Assembly (NCBI GenBank): GCA_016192345.1
Contig: JACPUH010000002.1
Location: forward strand, 8,875 to 72,874
Direction of reading: 5' to 3'
Length of the DNA: 64,000 nt
Source: Ignavibacteriales bacterium
GTDB taxonomy: Bacteria; Bacteroidota; Ignavibacteria; UBA10030
In this document: one piece after another, positions 36,647 through 45,762 of the stretch
Layout of the letters: every line of letters begins with the position of its first letter
Numbering within the stretch: position 1 is the first letter of the stretch
Made by a program: the position numbers and the translations under genes
The notes under the pieces: generated by a model
Database searches by the model: none
What the model saw: the letters and a program-made list of their open reading frames with translations, nothing else
Told to the model about the DNA's origin: nothing

Positions 36647-38862
36647 GGTGATTGATCGTCTTTACGTCCGGACAAAGCTCTCATCTCTTCCTGTGCCTGT
36701 TCGCTGAGCACCCTTTCCAGTTCCAGCGGATGCTCTTCCTGCATCTCAGCTTCGCTCAGTGTTCCTGTCCAGAAAGCAAGATTGATGGGGTAGGTATCCG
36801 GATTGAACATGACGTAATAGAAGTGCCACACAATGATTGCCAGCGTGGCGAGCCAGGCTTCATAAAAATGGATCAAACGGGCAACGTCGTATCCGAGCTT
36901 GGTCAGAAGCCCGATGAAGGTGTTGTCGAACCACATGATGAATCCCGTGACCCCCATGACAATCGTTCCCCACACGAGCGCCCAGTACTCGCTCTTTTCG
37001 ATATAGCTGAATCGACCGAACCTCGGCTTTTCATTCGTGATCCACAGGTTGTATCGAAGGACATCGCGCGCGTCCACGAGATCCTGGAACCTTGGCATGA
37101 GATCGCGAATCAGTTCTTTTCCCCGGGGAATGAACAAGATATAATACGTATGGTAGAGGGCTGCAAGAACCATGACGACGGCTGCCACCCTATGGACAAG
37201 ACCCCGAAGGTCGAAGGCTGCGTCGCTGAGATTCCGGATCGAGACTACCCACCATGCATCAGGATAGCGTAGCATGAACCCCGTGATCACCAGAGTTACA
37301 AAGCTCACAACGAGTGACCCGTGCTGAAGGCGTTCGCTCAGGCTCATGCGCAGGTACAAATGATGTCCCACATGTTCTTCGTGGATCACGCCACGCCGAA
37401 CCAGCAGTTTCCTGCGCGCCTTCCTGATGAAATCCAGCGCATTGTGGAACACCATGCCGCCGATGGTCGACAGGATCAGCATGAGGTAGAGCGTTGCTAC
37501 CCAATACAGCAAGGGGTCGTTTTCACTGTTCGTAATATCCACATGCACGGACCCGATTGCGAATCGTTCATTGGCCCCCCTGTGACATTTCCCGCATGTT
37601 TCCGCAAGATTGTTTTTGTTCGTCGGGGAGGCAGGATCCGCGGACGGCTTGATGCTGTGAACACCGTGACAGCTTGTGCAATTGGCCACTTCGATCGATC
37701 CACCGCGGATCGCCAGGCCGTGATAACTGTCCGTAAATGTCGCGAAACGGTCCGATGCAATGCCGTACTTCTGAGTCAGCTTCACGGAACTATGGCAGGG
37801 AGAACAGACCTGCGCGCTCACATTCTTTGCGGCAATCGGTGACGCCGGGTCGGTATGAGCGAGAATGTTGTGCTCGCCATGACAATTGGTGCAAACGGGC
37901 GATTCCAAGTTTCCCAAACCCGATGCGATGCCATGGACGCTTTCATTGAATTCTTTCGTGATTTCCGCGTGGCACTTTGCGCATGTGCCGGGAATATTGA
38001 ACTTATAGACTTTCGATTCAGGGTCATTGCCCTTACGCATTTGGTGGCTGCCGTGGCAATCGACGCAGTTCGCTGCCTGGGCATTGCCCGATTGCAGTGC
38101 CGATCCGTGAACGCTGTGTTCATACGCGGCGATAAACCCGGCGGAGGGGGCAACGCGGGCCCGCACACTCTCATCGTCGAGATGGCACGAGAGGCAGAAT
38201 TTCTCCTGGGCGGTTTTCACCTGGACCGAATCCCTCCCGGGCCGAATCTTGGTAAGGTCATTCCGATGACATGTAATGCAGATGGGAGCACCCAGGATGC
38301 CCGCTTGGAGGGCTTGGCCATGTGCGGACTCGAGAAAAGTCTTTCGTTCCGTGAGGTGGCACGTACCGCAGAAATCCGGCTGCTTTGCACGAGATGTGCG
38401 TGCCGCGGGACTCCCTGGCGAAACCACATCATGAGTCCCATGGCAACTTTTGCAGGAGACGTCGGGGGTGCCGTCGTGCCCTGTTGCTCTCGCCATCTGA
38501 GGATGGAACGCGTGCTTGGAAGGAGCGTCGCGATGACACGTCTTACAGTTGACCGGCGTGATCGTTTCCTTGTGGGGAACATTTTCGGCGTCGAATCCAA
38601 CGTGGCAGGCCACGCAAACGAGTTTGCCGTGGGGAGATTTTCTGAGGACGGCTTCGTCGGCGTGAAGAGAGACTTCCCTCCCATTCCGTTCCATGGTGAG
38701 TGAAGGCTCACTGTGGCATGCGAGGCAATCCGCCCTTGTCTGTGCAAAGAGGGAACCACCCGGGGCAGAAAGGACGACCAGGAAAAGGTACGACAGAACA
38801 GATCCCCGTCGCTGATGAGACCTGGAGAGAATTCGTTTGAGAAGTATGAACGCTACAAACAC
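36643..38862 (-). CDS. 13-heme cytochrome c fused to a cytochrome b domain (Cbc-family quinol:cytochrome c module)
   Basis: 13 CxxCH followed by ERLQHGSL, LVHRVAA, RFSYIEKSEYWALVWG, IHFYEAWLATLAIIVWHFY; start uncertain (GTG 38862 with AAAGG preferred over TTG 38922); ATGA overlap with the next gene. Confidence 0.88.
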   Translation of the reverse strand: MFVAFILLKRILSRSHQRRGSVLSYLFLVVLSAPGGSLFAQTRADCLACHSEPSLTMERNGREVSLHADEAVLRKSPHGKLVCVACHVGFDAENVPHKETITPVNCKTCHRDAPSKHAFHPQMARATGHDGTPDVSCKSCHGTHDVVSPGSPAARTSRAKQPDFCGTCHLTERKTFLESAHGQALQAGILGAPICITCHRNDLTKIRPGRDSVQVKTAQEKFCLSCHLDDESVRARVAPSAGFIAAYEHSVHGSALQSGNAQAANCVDCHGSHQMRKGNDPESKVYKFNIPGTCAKCHAEITKEFNESVHGIASGLGNLESPVCTNCHGEHNILAHTDPASPIAAKNVSAQVCSPCHSSVKLTQKYGIASDRFATFTDSYHGLAIRGGSIEVANCTSCHGVHSIKPSADPASPTNKNNLAETCGKCHRGANERFAIGSVHVDITNSENDPLLYWVATLYLMLILSTIGGMVFHNALDFIRKARRKLLVRRGVIHEEHVGHHLYLRMSLSERLQHGSLVVSFVTLVITGFMLRYPDAWWVVSIRNLSDAAFDLRGLVHRVAAVVMVLAALYHTYYILFIPRGKELIRDLMPRFQDLVDARDVLRYNLWITNEKPRFGRFSYIEKSEYWALVWGTIVMGVTGFIMWFDNTFIGLLTKLGYDVARLIHFYEAWLATLAIIVWHFYYVMFNPDTYPINLAFWTGTLSEAEMQEEHPLELERVLSEQAQEEMRALSGRKDDQSP

Positions 38863-39009
38863 GGGGCAAACCTTTTCGTGAGAGTCGCTGTGAAGGTCAG
38901 CGACATCGACAGTGATATTCAAGTACGACCGACCTTCTCATCCCGGAGATATTGGTTGATCTTTGCACACCATACATCGTCCAAGGCCAACAGCGGGCTT
39001 GTTAAAACA

Positions 39010-39064
39010 ACCAAGCAGCTCCAACACATCGGGTCGCCTCGGTAGTGTCGAGGAGCTGCTTGGT
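39010..39064. other. Long stem-loop in the leader of the cbc-type operon
   Basis: Perfect 13-bp ACCAAGCAGCTCC/GGAGCTGCTTGGT plus inner ACAC/GTGT pairing; no U-tract. Confidence 0.55.
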
Positions 39065-39202
39065 AACAATCGTGCATCGTTGAAGCATCCAAAGGCTCGA
39101 CGATCGGGTTATTTTGAATGCATCGATTCCCGCCACTGCGTCAGGGTCTCAAGCTCCTCCACTGAACCCTCGAGGAACCCGGTTCTCCACGGTGTTCTGG
39201 AA

Positions 39203-39304
39203 CTACATCCCCACCGCGCCTGCGGTCGAAAACGCGATCAGCGTAAGGACTAACACCGTCAGGGCCAAGACGCACCCAGACAACCACATTCGTCGTTCGT
39301 TCAT
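39203..39304 (-). CDS. Putative 33-aa single-TM small protein (below ORF-track cutoff)
   Basis: MNERRMWLSGCVLALTVLVLTLIAFSTAGAVGM*; GAGG RBS about 7 nt upstream; directly after a sigma54-type element. Confidence 0.4.
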   Translation of the reverse strand: MNERRMWLSGCVLALTVLVLTLIAFSTAGAVGM

Positions 39305-39365
39305 CGAAAACCTCGTTCCATCGTTTGTCCACCGGGGTATTGAATACCTCAACACTTTACCCTGT

Positions 39366-39381
39366 GACAACCTCCGTGCCA
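39366..39381 (-). promoter_or_regulatory. Candidate sigma54 promoter for the sORF and cbc-type operon
   Basis: Minus strand TGGCAC-GGAGG-TTGTC, about 63 nt before ATG 39304. Confidence 0.6.
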
Positions 39382-39471
39382 CGACGCGTGTTGGCTTTAC
39401 AGGGAAATAAATGCTGAGGAATTCAACAAGGGGTTCCCAAAGCCGGGAAATCTCGTGTCACCTTCCAACGG

Positions 39472-40431
39472 CTAAGAATGTGGCCCCAAGGATGCATCAT
39501 GATGCACCTCCGGGCCTTTGAGGAGGGATGTGCCAAATGGTTTGACGGTGAATACGGGAACTCGGGAAAATCTTACAATCTTCTCTGCTACGCTCCCCAG
39601 AAGCAAATGCTCGATGCCCGTTAAACCGTGGGTGGCGATCACAATCAGGTCCGAAGCATGGCTCTCGGCAAACTTGACGATATCCCGGGCCGCGCGCCCT
39701 TCACGAATATGGATCTCGGCCTGCACCTCCGGCCCCCCCGACTCCATCAGCATCCGCTCAATTTCCCGGACGGAAGTGGTCTCGATCTCCGGCATGAACT
39801 CAAAAACCGAGCTGCGCCCCGTGGCATACAAGGCGGGATGCAATTGTTCCTCGACGATATGCAGGACTTGAAGTTCGGCCCCGTACAATATCGCGAGTTC
39901 CTTTGCATACCGCACCGCCTGCTCCGAGTGTTTCGAAAAATCGACCGGGACAAGGATCTTGCGAAACACACCGGCCCTGTGGGGTTCCATCGTCTCCCGA
40001 ATCGTAAAGACGGGGCATGAGGCAAATCGCACGATTTCCTCCGCAACGCTCCCCAGGAACAAGTGTCCTATTCCTCTTCGACCATGGGTTCCCATGACAA
40101 TCAGCTCGACCTCATGCTCGCGGGCATAGTCGATGATCACCGGTCCGATGGAGATATCCCGAACGACGTTCTGCGTGATGCGAAGCGTTTGCGCCTGCTG
40201 CTGTTCCAAAACCTGCAGCATCGGTGGTGTCAGGACGGTTGCTCCAGGCCTGACCTCCGGTGCAGCGGGGACCACCGTCAACAGGCTGGTGTGGTCCTCG
40301 TACGGAACGTACACGCGAAGAACATGCAATTCCGCACTGTGCCGCTTTGCTAATTGTACCGCCTGGACGAATGCCTGGTTAGCACAGCGGGAAAAATCTG
40401 TCGGAAAAAGAATTCTCTGGATCGTGATCAT
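39472..40431 (-). CDS. Tandem-domain universal stress protein
   Basis: ILFPTDFS...IVMGTHGRRG...LGSVAEEIVR..CPV, then ILVPVDFS...IATHG...LGSVAEKIVR; start at ATG 40431. Confidence 0.95.
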   Translation of the reverse strand: MITIQRILFPTDFSRCANQAFVQAVQLAKRHSAELHVLRVYVPYEDHTSLLTVVPAAPEVRPGATVLTPPMLQVLEQQQAQTLRITQNVVRDISIGPVIIDYAREHEVELIVMGTHGRRGIGHLFLGSVAEEIVRFASCPVFTIRETMEPHRAGVFRKILVPVDFSKHSEQAVRYAKELAILYGAELQVLHIVEEQLHPALYATGRSSVFEFMPEIETTSVREIERMLMESGGPEVQAEIHIREGRAARDIVKFAESHASDLIVIATHGLTGIEHLLLGSVAEKIVRFSRVPVFTVKPFGTSLLKGPEVHHDASLGPHS

Positions 40432-40471
40432 GGCTTCTGCTCCTTTCCTGAACAAATCGCCCGACGATGCG

Positions 40472-41191
40472 TCAGGACGATGTTGCGAGGCTGAAGCGAA
40501 CCGGAATCGATACCCGCACCTTAACCGCCTTGCCCCGCTGTTTGCCCGGATGAAACTTCGATTCCATCACCGCGCGCATTGCAGCTTCGTCACACCCGCC
40601 GCCAATCCCCTTCTGCACTTCGGTCTTCACAACATTCCCCAACTCGTTGACGAACGCAAGAACAAACACACGCCCCTGAATTCCCGCCCGAATGGCCATC
40701 TCGGGATACACCACACGCTTTTGCAGTCCTTCGATCCCTCCAACAAGTTCCGGGAGGTCCTCCACCGCAATGAAGTACTCCTCGTCGCCCCCGGTTTCAT
40801 GGCTTGCCGGCGGGGGAGGTGCCACATCCTGCCGGATGTCGATCTCGGAACTTGCAATCGAAATATCCTCCAGCGCTTCATCGGAGGGGGCCTCGATCGG
40901 TATCAACGGCTTGGGGGGCGGCGGTGGGCGGTTCTCCTGCTTCGTCCGCTCGATCTCCTCAAACTTCACCATTTCCTGGGAATGGATGAGGATCTTTTTT
41001 GCCCCCAGGGTTGCCGGGAAAAATTTCATCATGACCGTGACAAGCACAAGGGCGATAATGAGGGAGATCTCAAATACGACCCTTGATGAAAATCCAAGAC
41101 GGATCGTCTCGCTGTGCACCACCTTGGGGGATATCCCTTCGGGGCGCCTCATCCTGTTTAAAAAACCTTCTCGAATTCGCTCCAGTAACAT
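40472..41191 (-). CDS. Energy transducer TonB family protein
   Basis: One TM helix, Pro-rich RPPPPPKP segment, C-terminal YPEMAIRAGIQGRVFV...GGGCDEAA...F.PGKQRGKAVKV..SIPVRF. Confidence 0.9.
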   Translation of the reverse strand: MLLERIREGFLNRMRRPEGISPKVVHSETIRLGFSSRVVFEISLIIALVLVTVMMKFFPATLGAKKILIHSQEMVKFEEIERTKQENRPPPPPKPLIPIEAPSDEALEDISIASSEIDIRQDVAPPPPASHETGGDEEYFIAVEDLPELVGGIEGLQKRVVYPEMAIRAGIQGRVFVLAFVNELGNVVKTEVQKGIGGGCDEAAMRAVMESKFHPGKQRGKAVKVRVSIPVRFSLATSS

Positions 41192-41282
41192 TGTCGTTCG
41201 CGCTCCTTACTTTTTCGTCGAGAGCCTGCTCTGACTGCTATGGTCTGCCGAACTCACAAGTGACGCTATCTGCACCATGATG

Positions 41283-41299
41283 CGCAAACAATGTGCCTA
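41283..41299 (-). promoter_or_regulatory. Sigma54 -24/-12 promoter upstream of tonB-usp
   Basis: Minus strand TAGGCAC-ATTGT-TTGCG, about 93 nt before ATG 41191. Confidence 0.6.
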
Positions 41300-41423
41300 A
41301 GGAGAGCGGGTAAAATCAAGGGAATTGCTCGTTTTAAAGGAGAGAATGCTCTAAAAAGTGGGAATCAAAAAGAGGACTTCTCAGGAGTGGGAATTGCAGA
41401 ACAACAGGAAAACGGGGGAAAGC

Positions 41424-41768
41424 TTATGACGTTTGCCGTTTTCGGCTCCGTGCATGGGCTTCATCAATTGCTTCCAGAATAAGTGGGAGGTGATCGTCCA
41501 GGGCAAACATTAACTCCCCTTCTAAAACGGCGGAGGGAGATGGTATTTCTTTTGCCTGACCGCAAATCTCCAGATGAAGCGCTGCGATATAATCCTCAGG
41601 CATTCCGGTTTTGACGCTCTTCACAGCTTTGACAATCCCTGGCATGTGCCGGTTCAGCGCGCAGTCATCCGATTTTCCCATGCCGCAGATGCCCATGCCG
41701 GTTCGTTCGATACATTGTATGCATACCCTGGTTCGTATGACCTCTTCGAATTCATCCATGGTGTGCAT
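41424..41768 (-). CDS. Small Cys-containing hypothetical protein
   Basis: ATG 41768 with AAGGAGG RBS; RVCIQCIER...IC...DC...IC (5 Cys); follows the hemerythrin gene. Confidence 0.7.
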   Translation of the reverse strand: MHTMDEFEEVIRTRVCIQCIERTGMGICGMGKSDDCALNRHMPGIVKAVKSVKTGMPEDYIAALHLEICGQAKEIPSPSAVLEGELMFALDDHLPLILEAIDEAHARSRKRQTS

Positions 41769-41814
41769 AGGGCCCTCCTTCTGTTCCTGTTGGTCAACAA
41801 CCATCACGCTGTAC

Positions 41815-42306
41815 TTACAACGATCCATGACCCATGTTGGTCGCAACCAGGGTCAGTTCCTCGACCGAAAGAAGCCTTTTCGCAAGAGGAAACAGCAGTT
41901 CATTTTCCCGCGTAATGTGGCTGCGCATGATGGCCACAATATGCAGGGAGATCTGGACAATCTCGTGGATGGAGGATCCTCTCATGCGCCCCCGCTCAAT
42001 TTCCTGAACGATCTCCATGAATTGTGAAAACGCGCCCCGCAATTCATGATGGTCGTTGCGCATCGACTCCGGCAACTCCGAGCCGTGCCGTTCGATCACC
42101 GGGAACAAATACCTCTCCTCTCTCAAAATGTGCTCGCGGACATCGTTATTCATCCAGCGCACCGCTTCAATGATCTCTTCAATCGCCTCAGCAGAAAACC
42201 CGTTGGCTTGAATCGATTCAGCGGCCTGTTCCAACCGCGCAAGATGCTGTAACCCCTCCTGATGCTCTTCGAGCAAAATTTTCAGGGGGTCGTTTGAAAA
42301 CTCCAT
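41815..42306 (-). CDS. Hemerythrin (HHE) domain protein
   Basis: LLEEH, HILREE.YLFP, DHHELR, HITRENELLFP di-iron ligand pattern; start at 42306 (alternatives 42312, 42348). Confidence 0.9.
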   Translation of the reverse strand: MEFSNDPLKILLEEHQEGLQHLARLEQAAESIQANGFSAEAIEEIIEAVRWMNNDVREHILREERYLFPVIERHGSELPESMRNDHHELRGAFSQFMEIVQEIERGRMRGSSIHEIVQISLHIVAIMRSHITRENELLFPLAKRLLSVEELTLVATNMGHGSL

Positions 42307-42376
42307 ATCCATTCCTTGACGAAAAACCATTCGCTCACTCGATTTCATACAATCGCATCCCTTCCCCCTTTCCCCT

Positions 42377-42392
42377 CACAAGGATTATGCCA
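42377..42392 (-). promoter_or_regulatory. Candidate sigma54 promoter of the hemerythrin operon
   Basis: Minus strand TGGCAT-AATCC-TTGTG, after the nrfA terminator and upstream of the hemerythrin start. Confidence 0.55.
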
Positions 42393-42563
42393 TACACTCC
42401 GGGTTTGATAGAGAGGGGAAGAAAATGAGCTTGAGGGAGGAAACGGGGGGTTCCCCGGCGGGGGTCATCAAATTTGACGTGCCACTTTCGCAATCCTGAG
42501 TCTTTTTGATAGTGAAATGTCGCAGAACTGCGAAAAAAGGAGGGGGGCGTGATTCTCACAAAT

Positions 42564-42589
42564 AAAAAAGGGGGCGTTGTGCGCCCCCT
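42564..42589 (-). terminator. Rho-independent terminator after nrfA
   Basis: AGGGGGCG/CGCCCCCT stem with 5-nt loop; on the minus strand the 3' arm ends in TTTTTT; starts 23 nt after the nrfA stop. Confidence 0.8.
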
Positions 42590-42612
42590 GGTGGTTTCCG
42601 TCAGAAATACCA

Positions 42613-44091
42613 TCAATAGGATTTCATTGTTCCTTGGCGCTCCTCGGCCTGCTTCTTCCAGCGAGGGAGGACGGTCTGAAAAAACTCTTCTTTTTGCAGG
42701 GTGAGTTTCTTCATGTCCAATCCGATATAGGCCTGGGCTTTCGACTTTGTGGAAATATCGGGAAGAGGGAGTGGTTCCGTGATACCCCTCTTGGCAAGGA
42801 CACGGGCAAGATGAAGCCTCGCCTGCTCGGCTTTTTGAATAGAGGAACCGAGTACACGGGCAGCTTCCACCGGTGAATGGAATCCGAGTCCGTTGGAAGC
42901 CGCCACCCAATCCCACCGCCATTGGGCATGACGAATCAACTGCAAGGCCGGTTTCATTTCCTGTTCTGTCGCCCCCTTGTCCCATACGGCCTTGGCTTCG
43001 ATGTGTGCCCGGACAATGGCATCCTCAGCCCGCATCCTTAACTCCAGAATTTTTCCCTGCCGGTCATTGACGCTTTTGGTCAGTGTGGCTTCGCTCTCGC
43101 GGTGGCAGACCTGGCATGACCCGGCAATATCATTGAGGGGGCTTTGGATCTTGTGATTGGTGAACTTGACACCTCCCTCATTCCGGTACGGCATATGGCA
43201 ATCGGCGCAGGAGATGCCCCGCTCGGCATGAATGCCGGTTTTGAAGAGTTCATAGTCGGGGTGCTGCGCCTTGAGCATCGGCGCACGGCTGAGAGCGTGA
43301 ACCCAATCGACGTGTTGAACGGAATCGAAATAAACCTCCATGCTGTCCGCACTGAATCCTTTATCCCAGGGAAATGTGAGATACTTCTCCTCTTTGCCCT
43401 TGAAATAATACTCCACATGACATTGGGCGCAGACATAGGAGCGCATCTCCTGAAGCGTTGCTTTCCGGATATCGACCCCCTGCCGCTGCATCGCCTCGAC
43501 CAGCGCCGGACGCGTCACCCGCAGGTTCATCGTCTCAGGATCATGGCAATCCTGGCAGCCGATGTTGTTCACCACCTGGGAGCCGAGACTATCCCAACTC
43601 CCTTTATAGAATTCGGCCGGCCCCATCTCCGCCATCAGGCGCGGGACGTCGGTGCTCTTGCAGGTCCAGCAGGTTGCAGGTTGAGCGACCCCGGTCCGAA
43701 GCGTGGTCCGAATGTCCTCGATGGCGTAGTAATGCCCGCGGGCCTGTTCATACTCCCGTGAGAAAGCGTACCCGGCCCACAGGATCACAAGGTTGGGATC
43801 CTCGGCAAGATAATCGCGCCAGGAGCCTCCGGCGTACATGCTCCGGAACGAAGTATCGAGCGTGCTTCTATACGATTCGAACTCCCGCGGAAAATTTTCA
43901 CCCCACACCTCGTTTCGCGGCTCCCATGTCGCAATCGGCTTCACAAGCTGGAAAGCAAGCCGCGCTTCCTGGCGGCGCTCCATGATGGATGCGCCGAAAA
44001 GCCCAACAAGGAAAACGACGACTACCGTACCGATAAAAAGGGCCCACGCAACCCAGGGGTTTTCCTGAATAAGATCGACGACGCGTTTCAT
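42613..44091 (-). CDS. nrfA: Ammonia-forming cytochrome c nitrite reductase
   Basis: Catalytic CWTCK, CQDCH, CAQCHVEYYF, KAQHPDYE, CADCHMP, CQVCH, WRWDW...GFH; N-terminal TM. Confidence 0.97.
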   Translation of the reverse strand: MKRVVDLIQENPWVAWALFIGTVVVVFLVGLFGASIMERRQEARLAFQLVKPIATWEPRNEVWGENFPREFESYRSTLDTSFRSMYAGGSWRDYLAEDPNLVILWAGYAFSREYEQARGHYYAIEDIRTTLRTGVAQPATCWTCKSTDVPRLMAEMGPAEFYKGSWDSLGSQVVNNIGCQDCHDPETMNLRVTRPALVEAMQRQGVDIRKATLQEMRSYVCAQCHVEYYFKGKEEKYLTFPWDKGFSADSMEVYFDSVQHVDWVHALSRAPMLKAQHPDYELFKTGIHAERGISCADCHMPYRNEGGVKFTNHKIQSPLNDIAGSCQVCHRESEATLTKSVNDRQGKILELRMRAEDAIVRAHIEAKAVWDKGATEQEMKPALQLIRHAQWRWDWVAASNGLGFHSPVEAARVLGSSIQKAEQARLHLARVLAKRGITEPLPLPDISTKSKAQAYIGLDMKKLTLQKEEFFQTVLPRWKKQAEERQGTMKSY

Positions 44092-44104
44092 AAGATCCCT
44101 TTGT

Positions 44105-44743
44105 TTATTTGGAACGTGATAACCTGGCTTCTATCCAGGGGGGAAGAACGGGCGAGAGCCGGGGGACCCGGGCGTACGGTACAGAAGCAAGGCTGTTGAC
44201 ACGGCCATGCGGCGTTTCGCGATGGCATTCCCAGCACAATTTCCCGGCGCCATGGCCGGCATTCTCACCGGTCACCTCCACCAGGGAACCCTGATTCACC
44301 AGGTTGGCATGACAGCGAATACAGTTTTCCTGGAGGACGGTGATCCCGGCCTCCTTCACATGGATCACCTGCGGCTCAAGCCGGAAGGTAAACATGAACG
44401 AGTGACGCAACCCATCGTTTGCCTTGAAGGCGAACTTGCGGATCACATTATTCTGAGGAACATGGCAATCATTGCAAACGGTAAAACGGCCATGACTCCC
44501 CCGCTGCCACGTGGCATATTGCGGCGCCATGACGTGACAATTCATACATGCTGCCGGTTCATCGGACAAATATGAGGCTGCATTGGAGGTGTGAAGGATC
44601 ACCAGGCCCAATCCGCACAGGACTCCCACGACCAGGAGTACGGGGAGTTTCCATTGTTCAGGGGGGACCAGGAGGTCGAGGAGCTTTAATAAGTGCCGGC
44701 CAACAAAACGGAGAAATTTCAACATTGATCGTTTGAATGCCAT
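44105..44743 (-). CDS. nrfH: NrfH tetraheme quinol dehydrogenase/anchor
   Basis: SYLSDEPAACMNCHVM, CNDCH.P, K..DG.RH, QENCIRCH, CWECHRETPHG; start uncertain (44725, 44743 or 44800). Confidence 0.95.
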   Translation of the reverse strand: MAFKRSMLKFLRFVGRHLLKLLDLLVPPEQWKLPVLLVVGVLCGLGLVILHTSNAASYLSDEPAACMNCHVMAPQYATWQRGSHGRFTVCNDCHVPQNNVIRKFAFKANDGLRHSFMFTFRLEPQVIHVKEAGITVLQENCIRCHANLVNQGSLVEVTGENAGHGAGKLCWECHRETPHGRVNSLASVPYARVPRLSPVLPPWIEARLSRSK

Positions 44744-44822
44744 GAATGCCGTTCCGACCGGAGGAGCGACCCGACATCTCTGTGGGCGCGGTCGGTCCAT
44801 TCCGACGAAAACAATCTAAATT

Positions 44823-44851
44823 ACCTTACTTTATAAGAAGAATCCAGTCAA
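44823..44851 (-). promoter_or_regulatory. Candidate sigma70-type promoter of nrfHA
   Basis: Minus strand TTGACT-N17-TAAGGT in an AT-rich intergenic gap. Confidence 0.45.
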
Positions 44852-44943
44852 ACATAGAAATCACATCCTGAAAAATATGAGTTGGAATTGCCCCCTCCGC
44901 GATGATGAAACTGGCGATGTTGTATGAAGGGAACACAGAGTAT

Positions 44944-45762
44944 TCAATTGGATAACTCTCCCATCGCCATGCTGATGAAGAGTCCGAAGACGAGAGAGTG
45001 TGCAAGCAGGAGAACTCCAAGATTCTTGAACCTGACCCGGTTTGAAAGGTTGATCGTTCCATACACAGCGTGAACGATCACAGGGAAAAAGGCGAGTCCG
45101 GTGAGTTCCGGACGGTGCCCCATATCCATCAGCGTAAAAACCACCGCTATCACAAAGACGAGATAGAACAGGTTCACTTTGCCGAGAGAGAGTTTTTCGG
45201 ACCAAGTGAACCTCTCCCGGTTCAGGCTCGTTCCCCGGATCTTCATATGGACGTATACAACACTCGATCCGAAGAACAGGATGTGCACAAGCCACAGCAG
45301 GGCTGCCTGAAGGCCGGGATTGCCCGTACCAACGTAATAGGCAGCGGGAGCGGTGAGCGTCAGCCCGAGCATTGCCATGAAATCGCTCACCACGGTTTTA
45401 TGGTATTTCCGGACCAGGAGAACATTCATAACGAAGAACAACGCCGCGAGAAGGCCGATGGGAATGAGCACCCATAATCCCTGCAACAGCAAGGGAACAG
45501 CCATGACGATACCGAATCCCAGATAGAAAAGCGCCCAAAACTTCGAGGCGCTTGTTTTCTCCCGGTTCCGCTTCCCTCCCAGGCTTTCCCGGATCAATGC
45601 CTGGAGCGGGACATAGCTCATAAAAATCCCAAGCGAGGAAAGCATGAGCAAGGCGGTCGCCACCGTCCATGATCCTGCGACACTCGCTCCACTGATCAAA
45701 GGGATGAGGAGGACCGCCCATGAACCGTGCTCACGTGTGACGATGGGTTTCAAGAGAGCCAT
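44944..45762 (-). CDS. YwiC-like family membrane protein
   Basis: N-terminal REHGSWAVL motif, about 8-9 TM helices, FFGSSVVYVHMKIR; B. subtilis ywiC also lies next to nar genes. Confidence 0.75.
   Translation of the reverse strand: MALLKPIVTREHGSWAVLLIPLISGASVAGSWTVATALLMLSSLGIFMSYVPLQALIRESLGGKRNREKTSASKFWALFYLGFGIVMAVPLLLQGLWVLIPIGLLAALFFVMNVLLVRKYHKTVVSDFMAMLGLTLTAPAAYYVGTGNPGLQAALLWLVHILFFGSSVVYVHMKIRGTSLNRERFTWSEKLSLGKVNLFYLVFVIAVVFTLMDMGHRPELTGLAFFPVIVHAVYGTINLSNRVRFKNLGVLLLAHSLVFGLFISMAMGELSN

Noticed and set aside
39141-39332. 63-aa minus-strand ORF in the cbc leader
   Set aside because: No recognisable features; the overlapping 33-aa frame has a better RBS and a clear hydrophobic helix.
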